Assembly (NCBI GenBank): GCA_040954595.2
Contig: CM082582.2
Coordinates: forward strand, 744,001-808,000
Length of the DNA: 64,000 nt
Direction of reading: 5' to 3'
Source: Balanoglossus misakiensis
Lineage: Eukaryota; Animalia; Hemichordata
Shown here piece after piece: positions 49,949 through 64,000 of the stretch. How positions within the stretch are numbered: position 1 is the first letter of the stretch; each line of letters opens with the position of its first letter. The notes below the pieces were generated by a model that made no database searches, was not told the DNA's origin, and worked only from the letters and a program-made list of their open reading frames with translations. The position numbers and the translations under genes were made by a program.

Positions 49949-52900
49949 TTAGTCAAGACAATTTGGGAGAACTGTAGTTTAAAGCCTCCAAAGCTGCCAC
50001 TTTTTGCATTATTTTCATGATTTTATTTTCCAACTTAAATTGGTTCATCAAAATAAGCTTACTGATAGGTATACATAAACATCTTATCGATGCCCGATTG
50101 TGACTGCATGTTGCAATTGGAACATGCTATGTATTAAAACGGTGCCTCACCGATTTAATAAGCCTTCATACAAACAATAGCAGCTAAGCAGCTATCGTGA
50201 AATGCGACGCCAAGTGATGACAAACCAATGCAAATGCAAGTAATATGGCTTAATGGTCACGGGTGAAGATTTTAGGGAATAGGGAATATACATATGAAGT
50301 ATTTTACTCTGGAAAAAAATATGCCAATTTTAGCAGCTATAGGGTTTTTAAAGCGCGGGCGAAGTATGAACAGATGCAGTAAATATCGATACATTGTATT
50401 TTGGAGGTTTCTCATAACCATGATTGGTTGGCTAATTATGCGGCGTTTTCTAAATAAAAGGAACAATATTAATTTATTGTTGGGGCTCACCTCCGTTAAC
50501 ATATTGCCGTCTCTGCTGAGTGTTGGCCTCTTCCAGCGGCACGTGTTTGTCCTTTACGGCATGCTGTAAAATATTTAGAATAGCGCTGCCATTTGATCAA
50601 AGGATAAGCTGGCTTCGCGTCTTAGGGATGTGTGTCTGACGACTATGCCTCGAAGCAAAAGACACAGCCGACCCTGCCACGCAGATTCATTTGTTGTGTC
50701 ACACATTTTCGATCCAAGAAGAGAATATCAACCTTGACGTTGCGAAAATGACAAGAAACTTTCACTCATATAGGTTGTGTGATTACTTACCCGCAACTTG
50801 TTGGGAATTGCTGTCACCAGAGGTGCCCCAGCGTGAAAGCCAGAATGACTGCGACGCCTGCATTGGAGTTCGTCATGAATGGAAACATCGATGAACACGT
50901 TCGGTCTTCGATGAGGCTAGTGTCCACAGAATAGGCATTCTTTTATAACGCAGCTGGGAGGTGGTAAATCCATTGTGATCACCATGCTATTAGTAGCCCA
51001 AGCAGTCAAAATTTGCGAAAAATATATCAATATGGAAAAATATATCAATGGGATCAATAGTTATTAAGCACTTTTTAAAAACAAATGACACCGTAAGATC
51101 AATTATCTTGTTTTCCGCGACAAGTTTCAACATGGTATGTCAGCGCTACCAGTGAATAATATTATTAGAAACTATGACAGCTGTAACCGTGCGATTAATG
51201 ATTTGATCAATTTTAATCATATACTTGTAAATATTTGCGCGGGTGCAGGTTTAATAAACTGTGTTGATATATAGGTGGAAGACTGTTTAGTTTTCCAGTC
51301 AATTATGTGATGTATTACACCTGACGCTTAAATGATTTGGTCCAGGGAGAATAACCGTGTTTGGCCGGTCAAGCGAACCCTGGATCTTGCAGGCTCTGCC
51401 CACTTTCCAATCAACAACCATTGAGCATGCGCAGTCAATACTTCACATTGTAAACAAGATGGCGTCGCTGCCTATGCTTCTGGACCGTTGTCGCCTGACT
51501 ATGTCGGCAAAGAAGAGACGAATTTAACCAAGCAACGCCATATCGGAAGATAGAATGATCGCGAGATGAAACCGGGATATCGAACGATTTGGCAGCCATG
51601 TTGATTGATTGGTAAGTCGCCGAAGTAACTATTTGCCATTGATTTGTTTACCAGAAACGGTTTGCCTTTGGAACACATTTGACCTCACCGAAATTGATTT
51701 CAGAGTTTTTTCCCAAGAACTAATGACGTTCGTTTTCACCTTTCTGTCCCGAAGTTGCAAACGTGTTGTCTCTGAGAAAATAAATGTGATTTGTACCCGC
51801 GATAATCATAGTTCGGATTTCAACCCACAACATCAACGCCAGCCATTCACCAACATGTGCCAGATAATGTTTATCAGTCATATTTTCTCAGTCTGAATTT
51901 ACAAAAGACTAATTGTATTGTATGTACATTGCAATTTTAATATGTAACACGTTTGTCCTGAGTGGGAGGATGGATTGAAGGGACATAAGCTTTTGTAGCC
52001 ACTTATATTTTGACACTGTTTATATAAATGTTGAGCTGGCATATTTGTTCCCTTATGATGTAGTGTACCTGTTGCATTGAAATGAAGCTGTAATATTAAA
52101 GTGCAATTTAGTCCTTTGGTTTACTGGGAAAATGAGGTCAATAAATGACAGGTTTATTTAGATATATGATATATTTCTCACAAGCACTTATGCATATGTA
52201 TGAGATACTTATTTATTTTTAATTTATGTATTTATTTTTAATTTATTTTGTACGTTCAGGTAATCATATGGATTTGTATGGAATCACATACACATTAATT
52301 GAAGACTATCATATCACAGAAGTCGAGCCTCCACATGTGTAAGGTAACCATTTAGGTTTCATGACTAAGTTTGTTTAAGAATTCATAAAGCACGAATTCT
52401 ACCTAATGAATGAATTTTCTTAGAATTTCACAACTGTGACAGGGTTTGCAGTTATGCGAAAAAGTGTTATTATTCACATACGAAACTTTTCGTATACATT
52501 TTTCTGATGGCAATGCATTTAACTTTGAACAAATATTGACGTCAGTTAGTAGTGTTATTTTGTCAGTGAAATTGCTTCATCATCATCCCTCCAACCAAAG
52601 TTGAAACTGAGTTGCAAATATTGCACAGCTTGAAATCATAAAATGTTGCAAAATTGAACCAACCGTTCGGTCAACGATTATGTTCTTACAGCTTATATTA
52701 GAAGCAGACAGTCTCAGGGAACAAGATACATGGGCCTGATTTGCAAACTGAGTTGGAACTAACCTTGCCTGCCCATAGATGCGCCAATTCAGTGAATCTT
52801 ATCGTATTAAAAATGAATATGGAGAACTATTCTCTGTGTTGTGATTGTTAGCCTACATGTATACATATGTACCTTGAGTGATTCCACTTTCTTCAGTGTC

Positions 52901-55900
52901 CTGTGAATTCAGTTGCCATAACTTGCGCTTCACATAGCGCATACATGTAGGTCTAATCAATTTGGCAACTGGGTCTTACAATATTATCTGATGCCTCTTA
53001 CTGGCCGAAGGACCACAAGTTGCATTTTCACATCGCATATAAATAGAAAACCCATTAATTTCTACTGTATGATTTTATTGACGATTCAATAGTTTCATGA
53101 CTGTTAGTGTTAATTACAATACCTAAATTTCCAAATGAAAGCATGCTGTCAGTTTTCATGTGATTGATATTAATTTTACAATTTCAAAATATGCTTAGCT
53201 CTGAATGATTATGAACATATCAAACTTCATGTTAAATAAACTGTCTTGATATTGTATACATTAAGGCCTACTACCAGTGTCACAACATTGATTTCCTGCA
53301 TTTTTACTCATGCCTTCTGACCAGTCAGTTGCCTCTGTATGTGTGTATGTAGTATGTATGGATGTATGTATGTCTGTCCACATCAAAAACTTGAAAACCC
53401 CTTCGCGTATCCCCTTGATGTTTGGTGTGTAGATGCAGGCCAGCCTGTAAATAGGATTTTGTTCATATTAAGAAGGTTGAAGTATTTTCATGATAGGTTT
53501 TATTTGATTACTCCAGAAACATACAATACAGAGTCTGTGTGGTAAGTCTTGATATTGGGTTTTTAGATGCAGGCACGCCTGTTCAAATGAAATATGCTAA
53601 TTACCTGGAGCAATGTGAAATTGATCAAAACTCAGAAACTCAACAACTGGTCAGATTGCTTTGAACATTTGTATGCATGTAGCTTATGTCACGCCTGATA
53701 TACTTTCAGCTAATATCGTGAATTGTACCTAGAATTTAGTATGCTATTTCCTATAGGTAATCTTTGTTAGTATTGTTTAAATTGTGGCAAAATTTGTAAT
53801 TTTTGGGAAATATAATTTTGTCATTTTTGGTCAAAAATCATTTTCTCTGAAACTCCATGTCAGGTCAGGTTGCATTTAAATTTTGGTTTGCTTGTTCCAT
53901 GAGGTAACCCAAGTAATGTTGTATATCATTTTGGTGAAATTTGCATATTTGTGGTCTTGAGGCAATTTTTGCAATTTGTATTCTTTGACACCGCATGTCA
54001 GATTGCTTTCAATTTTGGTAGGCATGTTCCTTGTGGTGATTGAAGTGAGATATTGTTGGATTTGTTGATATCTGAATTTTTGTGGTTGAGGCAGTTTTTG
54101 TCATTGTTGAAGAAATGTTGTTTTCACTGAAAATACTCCGATTCCTGTGAAATTGTATTAGGTTACCTGGTAGGTCATATCTGCTTGGCAATGTCACAGC
54201 GGTGTACACACCTATTTTTGTGTAATCCAAAGTGTGTAATAACCTAGCAAATATTTACTAGTAAATCATGTATGTTCTACTTCTTACAAGGTTGAAGTAT
54301 GTTGATGTCTGGGTTAAATGGGATTCTTCAGAAACATACAATACAGAGTCTGTGGTACAGTTCATGGTCACATTCGATTACCTAGTCTATATCCAGCCGT
54401 GTTCTGTCCGCTTTGCTTCCAAAAGTATCGTCTAGTGTCATGCATGCCACTTGCCCAATAATCTGACACCCCTTGCTGGGAAATTTGATGTAACAAGTGT
54501 CCCTTAGTGAAGTTATTAACATAAACTGAACAATGTTGATTTGGCGTAAGATTATAGTGAAGGCAGGGCTTATTACATTGAAAATGCTATCCAGCCTTAA
54601 TTACACATTATGAATATCCTTTGTCCAATCATTGGAAAAACAATGTACCATAGACTTGCATAGCACTTTGAAGGTGAATCGCAAGTGGTCACTTTAATTA
54701 CATTACCTCAAGCAGTCTTTTACATGTAGCTATAATAAGACAAACCTTCCCGGTGTAATTAACATCACTAGTCTGTTGTTATTAGTATCTATCTCCGATA
54801 AGTATCAAGTCTGCCTTATGTTATTTTAAGTCAATTGTCAGGTTCATGTACATATTTTACAACTTATCTATCTTGTCAAAAACTTTCGCATGTACCTAAT
54901 TCTAGGCTTACCAGTAGGGTTATAGATACAGTGTATTATATTAACATGCATTAATATGAAACTAAATGTTGATGGTTAATTAAAGACCCCCTTGAGCTAT
55001 GGTAACCTCATTAAATATGTGCATATGTTATTCTAGTGGATGTGGTAACCTGGACATGGACAACTCTGGGGTCAAAATCTTTTGACAAACTTTTGGGTGA
55101 TCTTGGGTAAACTTTGACCTACATTCCTATATCTTGGCATCCGGCACAGATACATCCTTGACACTTTGAGTGATGGAACTATGTAATGGAATATTATGTC
55201 TTGCCTCATTAATTATGTACATACCTAATGCCAGCCTAACCAATAGGGCTGGAAGTCTGCCTTTTTTGGACATGATAAATTTGAGATCAACATTTTTCTA
55301 CAGCAGCCAGCCTTCTCTTAAAAAGAATGGACAATATAAAGGCTTTGCTGGTATACTGAACTTTTGACTCCCTCCCTGAGACTGTGTGCCAATGACGGGA
55401 TAGCCTACTCAGCGTTGGGTAGATCCTAAGAAGGCCTCAGCCAGGCATCAGATACAAAAAGCGGAAATCCAAGCTTTAATGGTGGGTTACATCGTTAACT
55501 TCCCTGCAGAGCTGATTTCTCAGACTGTGAGCCAATGACGGGTAAAGCCCCTAGGTAGGGGCCACCTAAGACAGGCCGGTCATGCTTTAGTCACAAAGAA
55601 GGGCAAGTTCAGTCATACCATAACTTTGTCTGCTGTATATGCTTCATAATGATTGCATGGTATTTTGAGAATACATTGTCTTAAGGCAGTGTGACCAGCT
55701 AAAAAGTACTGGCAAACACAGCCAATGTGTAATAAAAAACATCTCATGTGGCTAAATAAAAGACATAAAACACAGCAAAAGCACTGTGACTAGCTGAGAC
55801 ATAATACTCCATTATGCATTTCCATCACTCCAAGTGTCAAGGTTGCATCTGCTCTGGATGCCAAGATATAGTAATGTTGGTCAAGGTTTACCCAAAGTCA

Positions 55901-56856
55901 CCCAAAGTTCTGTCAAACAATTTTGACCCCAATGTTGTCCATGTTTAGGTTTCTCCCTCCACTGGATAGCCTACAATTAGATATGCAAATATTTAATGAC
56001 GTTACCATAGATTAAGGCGGTCCTAAATAACCATGAAATTATAGTTTCATGTTAATTCTTGTTATTACAAAACACTGTATCTATAACCCTTCTGGAAGCC
56101 ATGCTTTGTTTCATGCTTCCCAATATGTGAAAGTAGGTAAAAAATCAGCCAAGGTTATTTGAAATTTTGCTGAAAAAAATCCGGTCCCTGACATTTGGTA
56201 AAGGGGTCAAGACACTTGGCAACAAATTTTTGTCCCAGATTAGAACATATTCATAAAAAACTCAGGGAAAGAAGGAAGTTTTTCACAGCTTTGGTGCTTC
56301 AAATAGTAGAGAGGTTCCCAAGTTATTTCAATGAAACCTTAATGTCAACATTACATCGTTAGACTCGAACTCATCTGGCATAAAGCTGCTAGTTAAAGCC
56401 CTAAGGGTTGTGCCACTTTTTCATTATTTTCATCTAAGATTTGTCAATCTAAATAAGCTTACTGCTAGGTATACATCTACATGAACATCTTGTTGACAGA
56501 CGATTGTGGCTGTAATTTAAAGAAGTCAGATATTTAACAGGTACCACACCTGTTTAATCTGCCTCTATACAAAGGGTACACATCTCTGGTGGTATGCATC
56601 ACCTAGATATGACAAACATAAGCACTACAAGTAATATGGCTTTATGGTGGCGATTTTGAAGGATGTGGAGAAGATTTGAAAAACACTCTTGAGGAAAAAG
56701 ATGTGTTAAATCTTTGAAATGTGTTTTATTCTTTGGTTCCCATTTCGTATATGTCTATCTACCACTGGGACCAATGTGAAATTGGTGGAAACTGGTCAAA
56801 TTGCTTTAGAAATTGGTGTGTATTCATTTTGAGACCTCATTGATTTTTTTTCATTT

Positions 56857-59200
56857 TTAGCTCACGTGAAAATCACGTGAGCTTATGGTTTAGCGATGTC
56901 TGTGTGTGTGTGTGTATGTATGTATGTGTGTGTGTGTGTCTGTCTGTATACCCGATATCTCAAGAACCGCTGAACCGATTTCAACCAAATTTAGTACACA
57001 GGTTCAGATATCATATGGCAAGAACTGAAAAGGTTTTGGTGGGTGTGGCTTTGATATTAATGAAGTTATTTAAGTTTTAATTTTTCTATTACATGGTTGT
57101 CTATGTGAGCTTTCGTTAATGTCGCATATATGACCAGTGGAAACGATAGTTTGAGGAGATCGACTGTTTGAGGGCGCTGTGAAATGAGACATTCCTGGCG
57201 ATATTGCCGTTGTTCTGTCCATGCTCAGACGATGTACCCGTCGTTACGAATAACTTCCCTACGTGAATCCAAAAGGAAGCTAACGTTGTTTAGTTGCTTC
57301 ATAGAGCGTAAATTGTTAATCTACAGGACCGTCAGACGAATACTCTTTTCAAATGAAGTTTGAAACTACTTACGAGTAAGTTAGTGGCGGATAGTTGGCG
57401 TGCAGCCGAATCCGCGTTATGACTATGACGTGACCCATTCATCAAGACAAACCGTAAATGATTCACGCATATTGTGGTCCTCACGCAGTCAATCTCAAAA
57501 TGTCACCAGGCTTTCTATTTGTCTATTGTTCAGAGAAAAACAACGTGGCGGTTGATCACACTCAACAGTTAAATCCGTTTTGTGAGTTTATAGACAGTCT
57601 GTTATCGCCAATACTATATAGCGATTGCTAGATGGCTTACCCAATATGTGATCGAGCGAGAATGATAACATTGAATGTCTGTTCAGATCTCATTCCGTAC
57701 GTCATACGTCAACATTTCGATTTCGATTTAATCCATTCATAAAGAATTTAGAGAAAGTCGTCTTGAATTGTGACCCCGACTATCAATTTTACGATGATTT
57801 TTTGGCGACGGAATACACGAGACGCCATTACATAACTACGTCAGCTGAACTTCCAAGGTTACCATTTTGTGTGTATGGAATCTTATCGCAGAGACTACGT
57901 ACTTTGACAATATGCCATGCTATATCAATGACGCCCCAGAAAATTTGTCGAAGAATGAATTTGTCTTCTCATGGTGGTGCAATATATTTTAATGTCTATT
58001 TTGAGGTTGATTTTGGTTTTTGGCTAACATGTATATCAATGTCAGCTTATAGCATAAGTTGGTGTCCGTCGTCTATGTATGTCTGTATGTGTGCCTCATA
58101 CAGAATTATGTATTTTGCGAATGGATCAGTTTCGTCTAAATGTATTGATGTATGTATGTGTATGTCCATCAACATCAAAAACTTGAAACTACTGATATTT
58201 AGTGTGTACATAGAAATTGTTATTGCGAAAAAATGCATACTGGTATTAATAACTCGAAAAATGTTCAAATAGTCAAAATTGAAAAACTTAATAACAGCGG
58301 ATCAGATTCAGTTAAAAATTGGCGTGCATTGGTGTGCAAGTACTATGGGAAGACCTCGTATGATTTTGTTCAGGTGGAGTCAGTATCTGGCGTTTGCTAT
58401 TTTTTATGAATTTTTGGGAGAATTTTCTGTAGTTTTGTTAAAAAAATTTCTTCTCTGAAATTAAATGTCCAATTGATTGGAAACTTGGTATGGAGGTTCA
58501 TAGGGCTTACCTGAATCACATTTGTGCAAACGGTGGTGAAATTTGCAAAAATGCATTTTTGGGCAATATTTCCTGTTTTTGTCAAAAAATCAAATCCTGT
58601 GAAACTGTAAGTGCAATTGTTTTGATACTTTGTATTTGGGTTTCTAGGGGTGATCTCAGTCAGATATGATCAAATTGTAAAGAAATTTGCCTAACTGTAT
58701 TTTTTGGGAATTCTGCAGGGTTTGGCCAAATAGTCTTCAGTAAAACCACAAGTCCAATTGATTGGAAACTTTGAATGGGAATTCATATATGTGATATCAG
58801 TCAGATTTGTCTGAATTACCTGTTGTTTGCCAAAATGTCTTCCTTATTGAAACTTGTTAAAGAGGTTCTTAGGCATGAACAGAAATCAGATTTGTTGAAA
58901 TCTGGTGAAATATTCATACTTTTTGGTATATTTCTTGCCATTTTTGATCAACGAGTTTTAGAATTCCATAGACTTATCTTTTTATGCAGTTCAGGATGGG
59001 GTACATGACTCATAACCCCTTACAAAAATTGACAAGGCAACAATTCCACAAACATGTTTACATTTCACAATGGTGCAACACACAACCCTTACACCATATA
59101 CACTATAAACCAAATTGGTTTAACACTGGTTTTTCTAATCTTGTTATTCTGTCAACCAATCACAGTACTGCACGTGAGCATATTCAGTTAATATCTGGTT
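56857..59200 (+). mobile_element. Helentron-associated non-autonomous element (HINE/DINE-like), ~2.3 kb
   Basis: It has a 5' hairpin AGCTCACGTGAAAATCACGTGAGCT followed by a (TG)/(TATG) microsatellite, and a 3' subterminal CACGTGAGC at ~59171. It is inserted in a T-run; the empty site TCATTTTTGAAGTATA is seen reverse-complemented in the left arm at ~37368-37383. Confidence 0.88.
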
Positions 59201-60834
59201 TGAAGTATATTTTTGGGGTGATTTTGGTCAAATACTCAAAAACCTCTACTCACAGTTCTTTGAAATTTGGTTTGCAGGTTCCTAGGTGTGTTATCACGAC
59301 ATTTTAACAAATCCTATGATGGAAGCGTCAATATAGTTTTTGTGGACAATTTTTGCCATTTTTGTTTGATTGCTTTGCAATTTTTTGTTTTGCAGTTTCC
59401 AGGGGATTTTTTTACTGTGATATATCATAAATGTTCTGAAAATGAAAAAATTGTATTTTGGGGGCATAAAAAAAATTCTCAGAAAGTGCATGGTTGATCA
59501 CTTTAAAAGTTTAGTTGTGAGTTAATGATATGTGCTTCTTTAGAATGATAATTGAATCAAATCATAGCTGAATTAGTTTTTTTGTTTATTTTGTTAGATA
59601 TTTTTTCCGTATACCTCAAAAATTGTTATTATAAAAGAGAAATTACCATTACATAGTAGTTTGCAATTAAGGAGGACCCCCTCCCCCACTGAAAATCGTA
59701 TACACCTTGATCTCTCTATGTCTGTATTCATGTCTGTATGTATGTTTTACAAATGTATGCTCCCAATAAGAGTGAAATGATTTTTTTTATCGTAATACTT
59801 CTAAAGTGATTATTTCCTATGAGATATGCAGTCTTATTACCTAATCGTTTCTAAATTTCTACCTCATGCTGTGTATGAAAAGTCTAATATATGTCATTGT
59901 CAAGATCCCCAAAACAGGCTGATATAGTATCACATAACATTTGATAAAAGTATCCCAAACAGTTTGGCCATGTCTTCATAACACAAAATGTGAGTGATAT
60001 ACTACTTGAATATTTTTGTCATGTTTTCCACTATAATAGTACTGTTTCTGTAGATATCAGATGTTTTATGTTATTTAAATAACCGTGATAGACAACACAT
60101 TTTAATGTAAGCCATCATGTGCAAATGTGATAGCCATGGCCGTGTAAGATACACTCCCCAATTTCACGAAATTCACACATGTGCTTTACCATTGTTATGC
60201 TATGTGTTGAACTGGCACACTGCAAATTTTGAAACTACGATATTGATCACAATCACACGCACACTCACAGCATGCTTTTTTGGAATAGAGGTACTAACAC
60301 TATCAATTATTATTATACTTTTGAATCCCCAATAAAGAATATATAGAATTTAACAGGATTTATATTTGCACGCAAAGTATAAAATTCCCTTGTGCCGTAG
60401 AAATGAAAATCTGCAACTGGTGGTCCTTCTGCCAGTAAGAAGCATCAGAAAAATTCTGCATGCTCATCGTCCAGACAATTTTGGTATACAGAAAAAAAAA
60501 CACTAGAATGACAACAGCTACATGTATGTAGGCTAGCAATAGGAACACAGATAACAATTCTCCATATTCATTTTTAAATACGATAAGATTCGCTGAAATT
60601 GGCACATCTGTGTGCAGGCAAAGTCAGTTCCAACTCGGCTTGCAAATCGGACCAATGTCTCTTGTTCGCTGAGACTGTATGGTTCTAGTAATAGCTGTAA
60701 GAACTTGATCATTGACCAAACTCTTGGTTCAATTTTGCAACATTTTATGATTTCAAGCTGTACATATTTAACTCCGTTTCAACTATGGTTGGAGGGATAA
60801 TAATGGAGCCATTTCACTGACAAAATAGCGCTTA

Positions 60835-61658
60835 GGGACCATTCAGTTTTTACGGTGGGGGGAGGCTGGCAAAATCCAGGGGGTCACTTAAATTTTGAAA
60901 TCCAAAAGAGGGAGTCATCTTTTTTTCAAACGTTTAGGGGGGAGGTCATATACATGTACCCACCGATGCTAACTTTGAGTGGAGTGGCAACAGTAAAATT
61001 GGTCCTTTCAAACATTGAGATAATTTGCTTTTGACTTCATTAAAATGCAACTTTGAGCTACATATTTTACAAAGTTTTCTTATGTGGAAGGGGGACATCC
61101 CCTCCCACACCCATCCCCTTATTTCTTCGCCACATATAGTGTACCAGGGCAGAATACTTGCCATCCCACCCCCACTGATGTTAACTTTGAGTGGCAAAAG
61201 TCAAATTTGTCCTCCCCAACATTAAGTTAATTTGCCTATGAGTTCATTAAAATGCATTAATTGTATTTTACAAAATTGTCCTACGTACACCCACCCCTTC
61301 CACTTTTCTTGTTTTACCAATTCTACCAACTATTGTATTGACGTGTCCTATTAATTTATCCATAGACTTCTTTATTGCAACGCTATACTATTATACACTT
61401 CAAATTATAAATTTCTTTAAGAAATTTAGAATTGAGGTGTGAGGAGACCCTTTACCTTTATTGCATACAGTCAGTGTACATAAGATAAGGATGGCGAATG
61501 TTTTCAGGGTGGGAGGAGGGTCATCATATTTTGGTCCTGTCAAAGGGGGGGGGGGTCATCATTTTTTTGGTCCTGGTTGAAGGGGGTGTCGGCCTGATTT
61601 TGAAAACCAATGACACAAACTTTTGCCCCCCCCCCCTCCACCAAAACTGAACAGTCCC
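60835..61658. mobile_element. PIF/Harbinger (Tourist-like) MITE, 824 bp
   Basis: TIRs GGGACCATTCAGTTTT and AAAACTGAACAGTCCC, with a TTA TSD at 60832-60834 and 61659-61661. It is absent from the three paralogous copies of the host module. Confidence 0.9.
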
Positions 61659-64000
61659 TTACTAAAGGACGTCAATGTCTGTTTACAGTCAAATGCATTG
61701 CCATCAGAAAAAAAATGCAAACAATTTCTTATGTTTGTAGTACGCACTTTTTGTATATCTGTAAACTGTGTCTCAGCTGTGAAATTCTAAGGAAATTTGT
61801 TCCTTGGGTAGAATAAAGGATTCTTAAACAAACTTAGTCACGAAAGCTAAATGGTTACCTCAGAGAAACTGTGTTAAATTTGGTCATCATTGTTTTAAAT
61901 CACACAAGACATTCCCACAGCTAAGTTACTGCAGCAGTCAGTTTCAACTCAGCTTGCAAATTGGGATCATGTCTTGTGTTCATCGAGACTGTCTGTAGTC
62001 GAGTTGACAGTCACTACAACTGTATTGCAAATATGGCAGGGTTGGGCAACTCTTCTAATTTGCATTTGAACACCTTTTCTGTTTGCGTCAAATGATGAAT
62101 AATGTTTCGTTTTCAAGAATGCCTTAATATGGGCACCCAATACAAGACAACTGCATTGCAAATGGCATTTTCATTCAACTCTCCTGGGTACCTAAAACAA
62201 TTTCAACATGGTTGACATGGCAATATTAGACAACTGTTCTAATTTGCATAATCCAAAATGGCCGCCAAATTTCTCTAACATGTTAATTTCCCATATTTGT
62301 TTTAAATGGTGTGTAATATCGAATTTGCAGGGTTTCCATTAATATGGGTACCTAAAACAATTTCAACATGGTTGACATGGCAATATTAGACAACTGCTCT
62401 AATTTGCATTATTCAAACACCTGCTGGATAATTTGACTTTTGCCATTCTTGTCCCATGATTGTATGTATTATATCTCATAACAGGCAATTAAGTGTGCTA
62501 ATTGTCAAGCCAATCTTAATTCTTCATCTGCACCACAAATCAGATGCAAGGTTTAGGACTGGGAGTGTATGTGGGAGCAGCATATAGGGGCCTACAGGTA
62601 TCTTTAATGGCAAGTCCTCGGTTAAAGCCAGAAGGTTTTCAGGTTGTAGGCCTCTATTGTATCTGCAACAGTTTCTATCACCTCCATCCCACTGGCCGGC
62701 ACCCGAGGGGGGGGGGGGGGGTACTTGAAATTTTTTCGGATGGTAGTCTGTCGCCCCAGTCGATAACATCAACACGTGTAAATGCCCAAAACCCGACCTA
62801 TTTGTATTATAAGTCAAATTTTCTGGTCATTTACCCCAAGTTTTTCTTAAAGACTACATACCTATACACCTTTGTATGGGAGAACACATCCCCCACCCCC
62901 CTGCCAACACTAATTGGACAACTTTATTCTTGTTATACTTCTTTATAAGTCTAAATGTTCAGTAAGAAAAGGCAACAAGTTATTGAAGCTGCTGACCATG
63001 GAAACTATGATGAAGTATATTTTTTTCCTAGCTGTACATGTACAGTATAATTGGCCCAATGTACCAATTGGAGATGTGTGCCTTACAAGCAACACAGGTT
63101 GTATATCCAAGCCTTGTCTGTTGGCACTATGAAGGGTATTGGAAGAATGTCTCTGCTGGCCACTTTGGCCAGCCACTTTTGGCCAGCAGACTATCAAAAG
63201 GGTCAAGAAAATAGCCCTAAAAGGTATGGCGCTGTATGCAAATCTAGTGCAGGAGTGGATTGATACATTTCCCATCACTGTACATGCATCATCCTGTATG
63301 GATGATATGTACTCTAGCATTATGCACCAGATAAAAATGGTCAAAATTGCAAAAAAAGGAGATGAAACTCCCACTGGCCTTTAACGCAATCCATAGATAA
63401 AGAGACAACATGTTCAGGCATTGGATCTAAACATGGTGGATACTGACGAGGGTGTGGTGAATGATGGTGAATCCCTGGATGTTTTGAGGTCGGAATTCTG
63501 AAAAGGATTCCCATCGTGAGATTGAGGAACAGGATGATGCAGAGGGGCTGGCTCTTTGTGACTCCTATCAGTGGGGATAGACATATATTTGGGATACAGA
63601 GGTTGCACTTCCTTGCTTCATGATTAGTACGGTAACACTGCCAAATTTGCAACACAGTTGTATTGTTAAAGGTACCCATATGAATGTGCTAATCCTGAAA
63701 ATACGATATTGCGCATCATTTTGGGAAACATGGCAAAATTTCACTTTTAGTGGTGATTGGCGGCCATTTTTGATTATGCAAAATAGAAAAGTTGCCAAAC
63801 ACTGCCATATTTGCAATACATAACCAATATGGATGCAAATCCTGAAATTTTAGATATTACACATAATTTTGAGAAAAAAGGGCCAAGTTTTATTTTAGAG
63901 AAGGTATTTGGCGGCCATTTTTGATCATGCATATTAGAAGAATTGTCCAACATTGCCATTTTGGCAACTCAGCTGGAATAGGTCTAGGCTCCCATATGAA

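Larger units (their letters stand above)
51420..63095 (-). repeat. Right arm (~11.7 kb including later insertions) of the giant inverted duplication
   Basis: Reverse complement of 34399-43067 throughout, interrupted by elements at 56857-59200 and 60835-61658 that are absent from the left arm. Confidence 0.93.

Noticed and set aside
40753-58272. ORFs rich in CMYV/HTYI (40753, 40792, 47722-47981, 53339, 56877, 57763)
   Set aside because: Derived from (CATA)n/(TG)n microsatellites in non-autonomous elements.
34399-63095. Polinton/Maverick or endogenous virus with long TIRs
   Set aside because: No integrase, polymerase, ATPase or capsid ORFs in the spacer, and no defined outer termini or TSD.
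63150-63192. Possible seed of the 86-bp satellite beyond the right arm
   Set aside because: Only ~9 bp (AGTGGCCAG) is shared; it is merely a small hairpin TCTGCTGGCC...GGCCAGCAGA.

Overview
Eukaryotic, AT-rich and almost entirely repetitive DNA. It looks like a marine invertebrate genome, possibly a deuterostome such as a hemichordate; this is inferred from repeat style only. There are four blocks. (1) 1-21458 is a ~1.9-2.05 kb macrosatellite built from 81-bp GC-rich subunits plus an AT-rich block. It is interrupted by a non-autonomous CACTA-ended element (2040-7456), an inverted segment, a truncated L2 LINE and a foldback DNA element. (2) 21459-27025 is the most interesting feature: a 5.6-kb CAC...GTG transposon. 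It has bipartite, fixed-spacer terminal inverted repeats (TIRs), a spliced and frameshifted RAG1/Transib/Chapaev-type DDE transposase, and an intact convergent 206-aa orphan gene. This is a RAG1/RAG2-like tail-to-tail layout, but the partner is not RAG2. The element sits exactly at the junction of two unrelated satellites that share the motif ATGCAGAG. (3) 27026-34398 is an 86-bp satellite of roughly 85-90 copies. (4) 34399-63095 is a ~29-kb nested palindrome, with 8.7-kb and 11.7-kb arms around an 8.3-kb spacer. The arms show patchy homogenisation, and the region carries Helentron-like, TTAA and Harbinger-like insertions and decayed pentraxin-like exons. No rRNA, tRNA or CRISPR array was found. 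All alignments were done by eye, so copy numbers, identities and the boundaries of diverged repeats are approximate.
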